Source: an uncultured virus (IMG/VR IMGVR_UViG_3300042946_001372)
Lineage: Duplodnaviria > Heunggongvirae > Uroviricota > Caudoviricetes
Virus record (IMG/VR): IMGVR_UViG_3300042946_001372
Length of the DNA stretch: 64,000 nt
Reading direction: 5' to 3' (one strand)
The translations under genes and the position numbers were made by a program. The first letter of the stretch is position 1. The number at the start of each line of letters is the position of its first letter. Shown one piece after another: positions 1 to 9,620 of this stretch. Under the pieces are notes generated by a model. That model was given only the letters and a program-made list of their open reading frames with translations. It was not told where the DNA came from and did no database searches.

Positions 1-170
1 TTCCACTTGTACCTGAAGTACCAGAGTTACCCGAAGTTCCACTTGTACCTGAAGTACCAGAGTTACCCGAAGTTCCACTTGTACCTGAAGTACCAGAGTT
101 ACCCGAAGTTCCACTTGTACCTGATGTGCCTGAGTTACCCGAAGTTCCACTTGTACCTGATGTACCACTC
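1..170. repeat. 36-bp coding tandem repeat (about 4.5 copies visible) encoding [12 protein letters not shown]
   Basis: Unit ttccacttgtacctgaagtaccagagttacccgaag at 1, 37 and 73, a variant at 109 and a partial copy at 145. Confidence 0.95.
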
Positions 171-322
171 GTTCCCCCTGTGATACTTGCAGTCAAGGCA
201 GAAAACGCGATTTGCCCCGAGGTACCTGATGTTCCCCCAGTATAGTCTGTTACTATATATAATACATCAGCGGGGGCTGCTGATAATACTATCGGTAAAT
301 CCGTAATTCTTGTTGTTGCCAT
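1..322 (-). CDS. 5' part of a (Gly-Thr-Ser)n low-complexity/collagen-like fibre protein, truncated at window edge (not in ORF track)
   Basis: ATG at 322 gives [50 protein letters not shown] then (GTS/GNS)n, open to position 1. TATTTAT motif lies 5 nt upstream. Confidence 0.85.
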   Translation of the reverse strand, partial: MATTRITDLPIVLSAAPADVLYIVTDYTGGTSGTSGQIAFSALTASITGGTSGTSGTSGTSGNSGTSGTSGTSGNSGTSGTSGTSGNSGTSGTSGTSGNSGTSGTSG

Positions 323-365
323 AACCTATAAATATTTTATTTTTTCTATTTCTTTTTTTTATTTT

Positions 366-1250
366 TTAACAGTTTGAACATATTAAACCAATTACAAATC
401 CATCCGTTCCTATTTGCCACATTTCACATCCACCAACATCATTACTATAATACAAATTATTACCGTTGAAAGGAGTTGTTAGACCATTATCTGTATAGAA
501 ACTTACGGCTGTGGTCCAACTTGGGGATGCAGAATAAAGTGTCTGAGTCAGTGAATACGAACCAGACTGACAAATCGAATCACCACTGGAAACTAGATAT
601 GAATTTATTTCTTGTTGTAAAATCCAATTACTACCATCTTGACTTATCAACTCAATACCATCTTGAGTTATGATTGCAATTTCAAAAACTGATATTGTTG
701 GAGTTGGTGTTGGTGTTGTGGTTGGAGTAGCTGTTTGTGTTGGAGTTTCGGTTTGAGTCGGAGTTTGCGTCGTTGTCGAAGTTGGAGTTTCAGTCGGTGT
801 TTCTGTAGGAGTTTCGGTAGGAGTCTCAGAAGGTGTATATGTTGGTGTTTGCGTTGGTGTACTTGTAAATGTAGGAGTTGGCGTTGGTGTTTCGCTTCCT
901 GATGGCGTAATCGAAGGTGTGGGAGTGTTTGTCGGAGTTTCAGATGGGGTAGCTGTTTGTGTTGGAGTTACATTAGGTGTTGGAGTGAAACTAGGTGTTG
1001 GTGTAGGAGTAGGTGTAATACAAGGACCCAATTGCACAACAACCCCATTTATCATTTGAGTTCTTGTCTGAGCAGAATACACTGGTGTTGAACCTGTTGT
1101 ATCTACGTAAACATCAAAGGGACCTAACGCATTTGTATTCGGAGTAATCCGTACAATATAGTTATTACAGGTATCCGCCGAGATTTGTTGTTCTATTAAA
1201 TTATCACAACCTGGCGCAGTATTGACAACTATAATGGATTGAAGGGGCAT
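366..1250 (-). CDS. Putative virion protein with central Pro/Thr/Glu (mucin-like) linker between two small Cys-containing domains
   Basis: 294 aa with an approximately 110-aa TPTPT/ETPT tract; lies in the structural block; TATTTAT upstream. Confidence 0.75.
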   Translation of the reverse strand: MPLQSIIVVNTAPGCDNLIEQQISADTCNNYIVRITPNTNALGPFDVYVDTTGSTPVYSAQTRTQMINGVVVQLGPCITPTPTPTPSFTPTPNVTPTQTATPSETPTNTPTPSITPSGSETPTPTPTFTSTPTQTPTYTPSETPTETPTETPTETPTSTTTQTPTQTETPTQTATPTTTPTPTPTISVFEIAIITQDGIELISQDGSNWILQQEINSYLVSSGDSICQSGSYSLTQTLYSASPSWTTAVSFYTDNGLTTPFNGNNLYYSNDVGGCEMWQIGTDGFVIGLICSNC

Positions 1251-1340
1251 TAATTTTTAATAATAAATACCAATTCAAATCCTTTTTATGAAAATAAATG
1301 AAAAAAATTTGGATTATATTTCCATTACCATTCCACAGTT

Positions 1341-1673
1341 TTATTCTGTAGAGTAAATGTCAAAAGCACAAGAGGTTTCTTGGATGGAAATATTTACAAT
1401 ACAATCTACTAGGTCAACCGTGATGTTAAAAGCACAACCAAAAACACAATCTAAAATTTTAAATACAGAACAACCACTCGAATCAACCAAAGTCAACATT
1501 ATTTGTGGGGCTGTTTGGAAAATTGATGGGATAGTAGAGTTATAATCAACAGTTGGTGGGACAGTAGAATTGATAGTACCGAGCAGTGTTTGATAATTTC
1601 CATATACATCGGAAATAAAGACACTAACGGGGTAGGTTGCTCCAGTAATCGAATCAATTCTTACTTGTACCAT
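1341..1673 (-). CDS. Small Cys-containing beta-rich hypothetical structural protein
   Basis: 110 aa ORF abutting the SprB-repeat gene; LTLVDSSGC resembles the end of an SprB-type repeat. Confidence 0.7.
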   Translation of the reverse strand: MVQVRIDSITGATYPVSVFISDVYGNYQTLLGTINSTVPPTVDYNSTIPSIFQTAPQIMLTLVDSSGCSVFKILDCVFGCAFNITVDLVDCIVNISIQETSCAFDIYSTE

Positions 1674-1674
1674 G

Positions 1675-3813
1675 TCAACAACTTATATCATATTCGATAG
1701 CAATATCGAAGTTTATTATTTGGTTATCCAAAAAGGTATTTGCAGCATTTTTTTGTATCGTAATCTGATTATTTACCGTATCTACAATTACATTTGATAC
1801 ACCTGGAACTGATTGCAACAAAGAAGTTATCGAATCTATCCAAACATTGTCGGAAGGTACATCCACAAGAGTCTTACTTGTATAAAAAGAAGTCGATGCA
1901 CTCAGACCCACAGGTTCAACATTTACAATTGCAAAAAATTCTGCCGAATTTAAAATACAGTTCGGGTCACCGTCAGTCAAATCAACAAAACCATCGTTCA
2001 ACATCTGTAATAATCCCAAATTTACTTCAGCAGTGATTGGCATTTCTTGGTCCCCAATCAAAAATTCATAATATCCGCTCTTTTGACCCAAACAGGATAT
2101 CTCTGTCGATTGTGAATAATAACATCCAACCGAATCACTAATTGTAAGACTATATGTACCACCTGTCAAACCATTTACAGTTATAGATTGAGGATTCCCT
2201 GGTATATTATCTGACCAATTGAAGGTAAATGGCGGGGTACCTGATGATATAAATGCTGTAATTACACCATCTGAACCATTACCACAACTTTCACTATAAA
2301 GACTGAACTGAAGAGTGGATGATTGTGAAATGAAAACTGTAGCACCCTTAGTACATCCACTTGAATCAACAACAGAAATAAAATGATTTCCCGATGAAAG
2401 ATTTGTAACTGTTACCGCAGATTGTGAAGTATCTAAGTCAACCGCCAAACCATCAACAAAATAATTGAAGGGTTCCGTTCCCCCTGAGGTTTTGAATATT
2501 TCTATTGCACCATTATCCTGACCACAAGTTGTACCTGTGGATGCTATATAGACATCAAATAAATCGTTTGCAATTATATAGACATCTTGTGAATAAACGC
2601 AACTACTATCATCACTTACTACCACAGTGTAATCTCCTGTCACAAGACCATAAAATGTATAAATTGGTGAATTCAACGTTAAACTCTCGGAACTACTATC
2701 AGGTTTTATTAGGGTGTAAGTGAAAGGAGGATTTCCTTGGAACAAAGATATTTGTATACTACCGTCAGAACTTGAACAATTTGAATTTGTTGTTGTAATA
2801 CTAACAGAACCTATAGATTGTGGTGAACTTATAGAAGTACCTTCGGCTATTGTACATAATCCCGCATCAGTAACCTGAAATTGATAAGAGCCTGATGGAA
2901 TATTAGATATTGTAAAATTCTGTTGATAAGAAATTCCAACATTCCCTGTTGAAGCAGAATAATAATAAGGCGCTGTACCTCCTGTAACATATATTGTTAA
3001 AGACCCATCGGAACTGAAACAAGTTGGGGTTACAGCACTGAAATATCCAAATCCTAAAGGCTCCACCTCTCCGACATAAACGCTCTCTGATTTTTTACAA
3101 TTATTTGCATCGGTTACTTCTAAAGAATAAACTCCCGTAGTTAGACCAGTTATTGTTGTTCCTGTACCACCATTACTCCAAACATATTTGAAGGGAGCCG
3201 TACCTGTTACTCCTGTGACATATAATTTTCCTAAAGGATTCGATGTACTAGAACAATATGAATTAGGAACAACATAAAAACCAAAATCAACAGGATTGGA
3301 CTTTTCAATTATAAAATCAGAAGTTCTACCTGTACAACCTCCAAAATCCACAACTTCTATACTATATGTAGATGAAGATAATCCCTCAAATACTGCTATG
3401 TCTTCATCAGTAGTAACTGTTTGAATAATACTATAGGATTCATCAAGCAAGTTATAAATTGTGGAGGAGTAATCTGAAGTAGAAGTTGCAGATACTGAAC
3501 CATTATTGGTATTACATGTTGTTGGGAAAATTGAAACTATTGAAGCAGTGACACCGCTTGAAACAGGTATATTTACGGTGAATGAATCATTCACAGGTAA
3601 ACTACTATCATTCAACCTTATTGCATATGTTCCATAACCCAAATTTGTTCTTACAGAGGTACCTATAATCAAATATTCAACTGGAGGTAACGGGGGGTCC
3701 ACCCACTCGATAGTATAAGGAGGTGTTCCACCCGATGGAGTTATACTAATTGCACCTGACGATGTATGGGAACAATCACCTGTAACCCCTAATATATAAT
3801 TAAATTGAGCCAC
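1675..3813 (-). CDS. SprB-repeat-containing putative tail fibre/adhesin
   Basis: Repeated C..G.I....GG.PPY.Y.W...L..G.Y...V.D..GC units typical of Bacteroidota SprB repeats. GTG start overlaps the upstream stop. Confidence 0.75.
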   Translation of the reverse strand: MAQFNYILGVTGDCSHTSSGAISITPSGGTPPYTIEWVDPPLPPVEYLIIGTSVRTNLGYGTYAIRLNDSSLPVNDSFTVNIPVSSGVTASIVSIFPTTCNTNNGSVSATSTSDYSSTIYNLLDESYSIIQTVTTDEDIAVFEGLSSSTYSIEVVDFGGCTGRTSDFIIEKSNPVDFGFYVVPNSYCSSTSNPLGKLYVTGVTGTAPFKYVWSNGGTGTTITGLTTGVYSLEVTDANNCKKSESVYVGEVEPLGFGYFSAVTPTCFSSDGSLTIYVTGGTAPYYYSASTGNVGISYQQNFTISNIPSGSYQFQVTDAGLCTIAEGTSISSPQSIGSVSITTTNSNCSSSDGSIQISLFQGNPPFTYTLIKPDSSSESLTLNSPIYTFYGLVTGDYTVVVSDDSSCVYSQDVYIIANDLFDVYIASTGTTCGQDNGAIEIFKTSGGTEPFNYFVDGLAVDLDTSQSAVTVTNLSSGNHFISVVDSSGCTKGATVFISQSSTLQFSLYSESCGNGSDGVITAFISSGTPPFTFNWSDNIPGNPQSITVNGLTGGTYSLTISDSVGCYYSQSTEISCLGQKSGYYEFLIGDQEMPITAEVNLGLLQMLNDGFVDLTDGDPNCILNSAEFFAIVNVEPVGLSASTSFYTSKTLVDVPSDNVWIDSITSLLQSVPGVSNVIVDTVNNQITIQKNAANTFLDNQIINFDIAIEYDISC

Positions 3814-6782
3814 TAACTACAATTTATTGTTAGGTTTATTCCTACATTCAGATAAAGTGTTTGATTCACAAATGCTGGATTTGATGTTGTATTAAATACA
3901 GTTAGGGTATTACCATTCAAAGTAAAGTTATACCCGTAACTATTCATTTCTGGCAAATACAAAACAAGTGCTTGTCTCCATTCCAAATTTGACGGGTAAC
4001 CATTAGAACCATAACCTGTATAGAACATTTCATTCACTATTGTTTGGTTTCCAATTTTCAAATCCACGTACCACTCAGAAACCAAAGTATCAAGCACACA
4101 TTCATTCAAAGAGATTCCTTGTTCAGCTAAAACTGAATTTAATGATGATAATAATATACTACTAAAATTAGATACAGTAGGATTTCCGTTCAACCATGGG
4201 TATATAAAAATACTAACATATTGTTGAGAAACTGTACCATTGAAAATTCCTGAAGTAATCCTACATGGGTCTTTGACTTTTGGAAGAATCAAACAACCCC
4301 TTTGTCTTCTATATACCAACTTTTGTCTGTGGAGAATTGAATTTTCTAATTTTATTCCTCCATTCCAAATTGTTGTTGCAGGTACCATTTGTTCGACTAA
4401 CTTCATCCAAAACGGACCTAATCCATCAACATAATCAATCAACTTTTGATATGTGTAATCGTAGTTAGGAAAACCAGTCTGTTGTTCTGAAAGAACATAT
4501 TTCCACCACAAGGATTGTAAATTGGGATAACCACCGGTTTTACCATCAGTTATAAATTGTCTATTCCTTGTGTTTATCATATTTTGCCAAAAAGTTTGAG
4601 CAAATTCAAAAAAAGTTTTCTTTTTAGGTTCTGGGTTGACAAAAGTCCAATCTAAACCACCAGGGCTTGGGTATCCTACCGTCAAACCTGATTCAGGTAT
4701 TGGATAATCGTATTGTACAGACTCCCTCCAAACATCAAAAAGTAATCCTTGTGCTGGATTCAGGAATATATCTACGTTTTTGACATTTAACACCAACTTT
4801 TCATTACCTACAAAATAATACGAATTGAAATTGGCATCCCTTGAAATTCTGAATAGGTCATCATCTGCTAACCAAGACTTTTTATTATCAACAACTCTCT
4901 CTAAAGAATATCCCAAAGTCATATATGGAAAATCTCTAAACCTATCCAAATATTGTTGACCATATGTGAATGGAACAAGTTGAGTTTGTATGTCAAAATT
5001 TTGTCCTGTGAATACTTGTCCTGTGTTTACAACTTCGTCAGGACTTCTATGGTCAGGTGTTGTTTCATACCAACCAGCACCTAATTGGAAGAAGTAGGTT
5101 TCAGTGTTTACAGGTGCCTTTGGATAACCCTCGTCGTCGACAGGATATTCCCCTCTAAAAACATTTACACTCTCATAGGTTGATGTGGCAGTAAAGGCAC
5201 TGAAAACTTGCCCTTGAAATCTATAAGTTACATTAGATAATGTTGGTAATTGATTTGTATACGTTCCTCCTGATATGGATGCAAATTGAGACTCAAAATT
5301 CTCCATATTGATTCTTTGGTCTGCAAGGTAAATGTGTTCATTATATTCTATTAGTGAATCAGGGGCACCTATGAGTCTGAGTAAAAATTCTATAGATTTT
5401 CTTGTACCTTTAGATTTGAAAAGATACGAAGCATTCAGAATTAAATTTCTATAGAAAGCATAATTCAATTCCGTTGGTGTAAGTGCTTTGGCGTATCCAG
5501 GGTAGTTCGGCTCGTTTGTATTTCCAAAAATGGATTGAAGAAAATCCTCATCAGTTATGGGAGAAAAATTAGAAGACCAACCCAAAGTTTGAGCTAAGTT
5601 TACTAATAGCTGTGACGGTATATCATTACCTGGATTGTAATTTACCGAATTCATGAATGCCAATCCATCAATGAATTGTTTTATTTGGTCAAAACTCCTA
5701 CCATAAATCTGCAATATTTTTTCAACTTTTTGACCAAGAGTATCAAATTCTTTGAATGCATCTGTAACCAAAAATCTTGATATCAAATTAGTTTTATAGG
5801 AATCTAGTTCTACCGCAATATCTTGTAATTGAGTTAGGTAATTATCAAAATTCACACCCGCAATATCTAAGTTCCAATTTCCGTTCTTAGGGAATGTTAC
5901 TTGAGTATATTGTGTGAAGAATTGACCTGTACTATTTTGTTGTGGTAATTGGAAGAATGCTGTATATTCTGGTTGCGTAAAACGATTCATCAAGAATTGT
6001 TCTACCGTATCAAAACTTTCAGCAAAAACTTTGTCTACTATAAAATCGTTTGGTCTTATTAAAAAGTTATCATAAACAGTGGTTGCTGTTGTACCGAATG
6101 GTGCACCAGAAACGAAGAAAGATAAAGTTCCTGTTGTAAGCGAAGTCGATGGTGTAAAAGATACAACTTTGAAAATGTCATCATTTATGTTTATACAATA
6201 ATCTAAATAAGTTCTCGTTAGATTTCTAAGATATGATGTGGTAATTTCTCTAGCTGCAATATTTGTATCTGCACTGAAACTATAATCAATATCAAATGGA
6301 TTGATGATTCTATCTAATGTAACATCAAATGAAGTTTCATCTGCAACTGGGTCATAGACAACGTTTATTGCTGTTGCTCCTGTTGTAAAATCCAAATTAG
6401 TGAAAACTACCTCTAAAGCTGCAGGAAAATAATTTATAATATGTGTGACCGAAACCTCGAACCTTTTTGACAAGGAACCATATAGAGAGAAGTTCAAAAC
6501 TTGTGATACATCGTAATTCGGATAAACTCTGAATTGTGATGCTAAAATTCTTCTCGATTCAAAAACATCTTCGATGTTCATACTATCGAGAGTCATAGGT
6601 TCAGAAAAAGCACCAACATTAAACTTCCTGTTTACTTTCTCTGTGACTCCCGCAGTGAAATCAAAATTACCCAAAGTCAAACCCCCTCCGTTGACAGTCT
6701 GTAAACCAACTATATTGTCAGCGAAGGTTCCTGAACCACTACCAGGCACAGGGGGATAAAAATATTTTTTTTCTTGTGCCAT
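3813..6782 (-). CDS. Baseplate wedge protein (T4 gp7 / P2 gpI-like core)
   Basis: LAQTLGW...YLFKSKGTRKSIEFLLRLIG motif of gpI/gp7-like wedge proteins; position in the baseplate cluster. Confidence 0.6.
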   Translation of the reverse strand: MAQEKKYFYPPVPGSGSGTFADNIVGLQTVNGGGLTLGNFDFTAGVTEKVNRKFNVGAFSEPMTLDSMNIEDVFESRRILASQFRVYPNYDVSQVLNFSLYGSLSKRFEVSVTHIINYFPAALEVVFTNLDFTTGATAINVVYDPVADETSFDVTLDRIINPFDIDYSFSADTNIAAREITTSYLRNLTRTYLDYCININDDIFKVVSFTPSTSLTTGTLSFFVSGAPFGTTATTVYDNFLIRPNDFIVDKVFAESFDTVEQFLMNRFTQPEYTAFFQLPQQNSTGQFFTQYTQVTFPKNGNWNLDIAGVNFDNYLTQLQDIAVELDSYKTNLISRFLVTDAFKEFDTLGQKVEKILQIYGRSFDQIKQFIDGLAFMNSVNYNPGNDIPSQLLVNLAQTLGWSSNFSPITDEDFLQSIFGNTNEPNYPGYAKALTPTELNYAFYRNLILNASYLFKSKGTRKSIEFLLRLIGAPDSLIEYNEHIYLADQRINMENFESQFASISGGTYTNQLPTLSNVTYRFQGQVFSAFTATSTYESVNVFRGEYPVDDEGYPKAPVNTETYFFQLGAGWYETTPDHRSPDEVVNTGQVFTGQNFDIQTQLVPFTYGQQYLDRFRDFPYMTLGYSLERVVDNKKSWLADDDLFRISRDANFNSYYFVGNEKLVLNVKNVDIFLNPAQGLLFDVWRESVQYDYPIPESGLTVGYPSPGGLDWTFVNPEPKKKTFFEFAQTFWQNMINTRNRQFITDGKTGGYPNLQSLWWKYVLSEQQTGFPNYDYTYQKLIDYVDGLGPFWMKLVEQMVPATTIWNGGIKLENSILHRQKLVYRRQRGCLILPKVKDPCRITSGIFNGTVSQQYVSIFIYPWLNGNPTVSNFSSILLSSLNSVLAEQGISLNECVLDTLVSEWYVDLKIGNQTIVNEMFYTGYGSNGYPSNLEWRQALVLYLPEMNSYGYNFTLNGNTLTVFNTTSNPAFVNQTLYLNVGINLTINCS

Positions 6783-7690
6783 TATGTTGTTATCGTGGTA
6801 AAGTTTTTACTAAAATCAATGTTAGTACCTCTACTTTGTTTAACCTCATACAATAGAGCATTGAATTCATTTCTAATCTCATACAGATTGTATTGTCTGT
6901 AGATATTGTTTTGTGAATCATAGATAGTATAGATACCATCGTCAATTGACTTAGTTTGATTACCATATAGAGCAATACCAAGACTCGATATATCATACTC
7001 AACCATTTCAATTTCTATTGTAACAGGATTGAAATAGGTATTAGAAATAATAATCCCTTGTGTTGGTTGACCTATAAAAGGTGTGGCGTTAGGGTTGTTA
7101 GTTGGTGATGATGAAGGTGAAAGTGTTAGAAACAAAAGATTTGAAGTCCCATCTACATATCTGTATCTAATTGCTTTTTGATTTGAGTTTGTTTCGTTTG
7201 TTACAACGGGCTCACAGAAAAAACAAGACGTAACCACTCTGAAAAAATTAGGTATTTTAGAACCATCAGGATTCAAATATTCAATTCTAAATCCAACCAA
7301 TCCTTGTGGGACAAATTTATTTTGATACTCGGCTGGTACATTACCCAAATCTACAACTATCCCTTTCACTGTTGGTAAAGCACTTAAAACTCCACAATCA
7401 GTAATAATAGTTCTGATTTGAGCAGGTCTAAGATAAAGAGTATAAATTCCTAAAGCATTGAATTGTTGTGCTGGTAAGCTCAAATTATATAAACCACCTA
7501 ATACCTCAACACCGGCATTACCACCTGTCTGAGTGTTATTGAAATAAGGTCTCAATATTGTTGGTGCATTTAATTTTGTAAGAGTGAAATCATCTGTGAC
7601 ATCTCTTGATGGCGTATACACCATCAATATTTCCACATCTTCTGGAGAAACATCACTGGGTCTTATTGTACCATATGAACCTATTGCCAT
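6782..7690 (-). CDS. Hypothetical structural (baseplate-region) protein
   Basis: 302 aa ORF, coupled to the downstream gene; TATTTAT upstream. Confidence 0.6.
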   Translation of the reverse strand: MAIGSYGTIRPSDVSPEDVEILMVYTPSRDVTDDFTLTKLNAPTILRPYFNNTQTGGNAGVEVLGGLYNLSLPAQQFNALGIYTLYLRPAQIRTIITDCGVLSALPTVKGIVVDLGNVPAEYQNKFVPQGLVGFRIEYLNPDGSKIPNFFRVVTSCFFCEPVVTNETNSNQKAIRYRYVDGTSNLLFLTLSPSSSPTNNPNATPFIGQPTQGIIISNTYFNPVTIEIEMVEYDISSLGIALYGNQTKSIDDGIYTIYDSQNNIYRQYNLYEIRNEFNALLYEVKQSRGTNIDFSKNFTTITT

Positions 7691-7725
7691 AATTTAGTTT
7701 TTTTATAAATAGTTATTTTTGATTT

Positions 7726-8817
7726 TTAGATGGCACTTGCCTTTTCCTCTACATTGAAAAATCCGTATCCGTAATTTATCATGTCCCCTATATTATCGAC
7801 CTCACCAAGTCTTTGAACCCTCTCATATGCACTATTCTTACCCCTCTCAACAAAAACGTCTGTTTGAATTTGAGGTTGGTCCACCGCTTTTATCAAAGTT
7901 TCATTTTTTGTAATAGGTTCTGCTGTTAAATTTTGATTCGTGAACCCCGATGAATCTTGGAAGTAGTTAGTAGTGCCGTCTATGTAATCATAGTAATTTA
8001 TTCCTTGAATTGTATACCCTGTGTATGTGGAAGCAGTAACGAAAATATTACCCCAAATTTGACCATTAGCAATCACTGGTGTGAATAACTCATATTGATT
8101 GGGACCGTAGAGTTGGAGTTCAGTAAGTCTTGATTTAGATATACCAGAAATTTGGAACGGTACCGTTAAATAGTTGTTTGATGTTTGAGCCGCAACCGTG
8201 TTCACCGCATCACCTGAGAAAATGTAATCATAACTTATTGGTGTGTTAGCCCAACTACCACCCTGTGGAATAAAAAACGCAGTTCCGTTGGGGTTAGGTG
8301 CAATTATGTTTGTAAATGGTGATGTAATTTCTTTTTTCACCATAGTTTGTCCCCATGGATTTGTCTGTTGTAAAGTAATGGTATAATTTGCGGAAGCGGT
8401 TGGATACGTATGGGACAAAAAGTTTGGAGTAAAATTATTGATGACTTGAAGAGGACTACCGTCTCCCCAATCAACAGTATAAACTGAAAGTTCCAAAAAT
8501 TTCTGAAATTGATTAGAGGTATTATAAACATAATAAACATAAGGTGATGTTGTTGTTGACGAAAATATAAAATTAGCCACAACGTCTTTTTGGAGTACAG
8601 CACCATCGAATGGACTATAATATCCAACATCAACCGCAGTCTGAGTTATCAGGATTGGTATTGTCAAACCAGTGAGTAATGAACTACCATTTGGACCGGC
8701 ACTCAAAACCTGACTCATTCCTGAATACACACCAACTTCAATACCTCGGTAATTTACTTTGAATAAATCTCCTTGAATATTTTCGGGTGATATGATTATG
8801 TTATATACGTCAGACAT
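7726..8817 (-). CDS. Hypothetical structural protein with PKD-like domain
   Basis: 363 aa; VDWGDGS...SHTY...YTITL PKD-type signature. Confidence 0.6.
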   Translation of the reverse strand: MSDVYNIIISPENIQGDLFKVNYRGIEVGVYSGMSQVLSAGPNGSSLLTGLTIPILITQTAVDVGYYSPFDGAVLQKDVVANFIFSSTTTSPYVYYVYNTSNQFQKFLELSVYTVDWGDGSPLQVINNFTPNFLSHTYPTASANYTITLQQTNPWGQTMVKKEITSPFTNIIAPNPNGTAFFIPQGGSWANTPISYDYIFSGDAVNTVAAQTSNNYLTVPFQISGISKSRLTELQLYGPNQYELFTPVIANGQIWGNIFVTASTYTGYTIQGINYYDYIDGTTNYFQDSSGFTNQNLTAEPITKNETLIKAVDQPQIQTDVFVERGKNSAYERVQRLGEVDNIGDMINYGYGFFNVEEKASAI

Positions 8818-8819
8818 TA

Positions 8820-9620
8820 TTATGGGTTTATAAATTCATACCAAACGACTGGGTTATTTGGTTGACCGAATCTCACGTTATTCGAATCGAAAATTCTATA
8901 AGTCTGAGTCGGATAATCAATTTTCATTATATAATAAAAATATCTTGTTGTATCGAAGGTGAATTGGGAGTTTGGAAAAAAACTTTGTGGTTTGTTCATC
9001 ATTCTTAAAAAGAAACCAGTCCGAGCATCATAAAATTTTGCCGACATATAAAAGGTACTGATATCCAAAAAGTTTCTTTTCTTCAACCAATAAATGAAAA
9101 ACCCTTCTTTGTCCCCAACGTAATCGAGTTTAAATTTTGGTTTTTTAATATCAACCAAAGCTCTTGGTAAAATTGCTGGTTGTTTTTCACCTTGTTGTGT
9201 AGGAATTATTGCTGTGAGATAATTTATTTGTTTTTTTTCATCAGGAGTATCGTAAAAATCCAACTTGAAAAATGAGTTCGCAAAAGCATTCCTATAATAA
9301 TAAACATCAGGTACACTGAATCCAGCAGCCAAATAAGTGTTTACCCAATTAGTTACGTTATTCAGTGAGGTTCCTGAATGAAAATTGAACTCATAATTTA
9401 TTTCAGTTTTTAGATTATATGGTTGTCCTGTAAACGGTGCGTGAGCAAATCTTGATAACTCAAAGTCTCTTCCAACACCAATAACCTCAGTTATAATTTC
9501 TTCCTCATATAAATCTATACTTTGGTCAATACCCAAATAATCCCAAGACATTTCTATCGGAATTGTCAAAGATTCACTTGTTAAAGATGTGTTTGGGATT
9601 TTGTAATTATGCACACTCAT
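8820..9620 (-). CDS. Hypothetical structural protein
   Basis: 266 aa aromatic-rich ORF in a tightly packed operon. Confidence 0.6.
   Translation of the reverse strand: MSVHNYKIPNTSLTSESLTIPIEMSWDYLGIDQSIDLYEEEIITEVIGVGRDFELSRFAHAPFTGQPYNLKTEINYEFNFHSGTSLNNVTNWVNTYLAAGFSVPDVYYYRNAFANSFFKLDFYDTPDEKKQINYLTAIIPTQQGEKQPAILPRALVDIKKPKFKLDYVGDKEGFFIYWLKKRNFLDISTFYMSAKFYDARTGFFLRMMNKPQSFFPNSQFTFDTTRYFYYIMKIDYPTQTYRIFDSNNVRFGQPNNPVVWYEFINP

Noticed and set aside
1..170. 36-bp repeats as a CRISPR array
   Set aside because: Units are contiguous with no unique spacers, are a multiple of 3 and encode in-frame GTS repeats; no cas genes are present.
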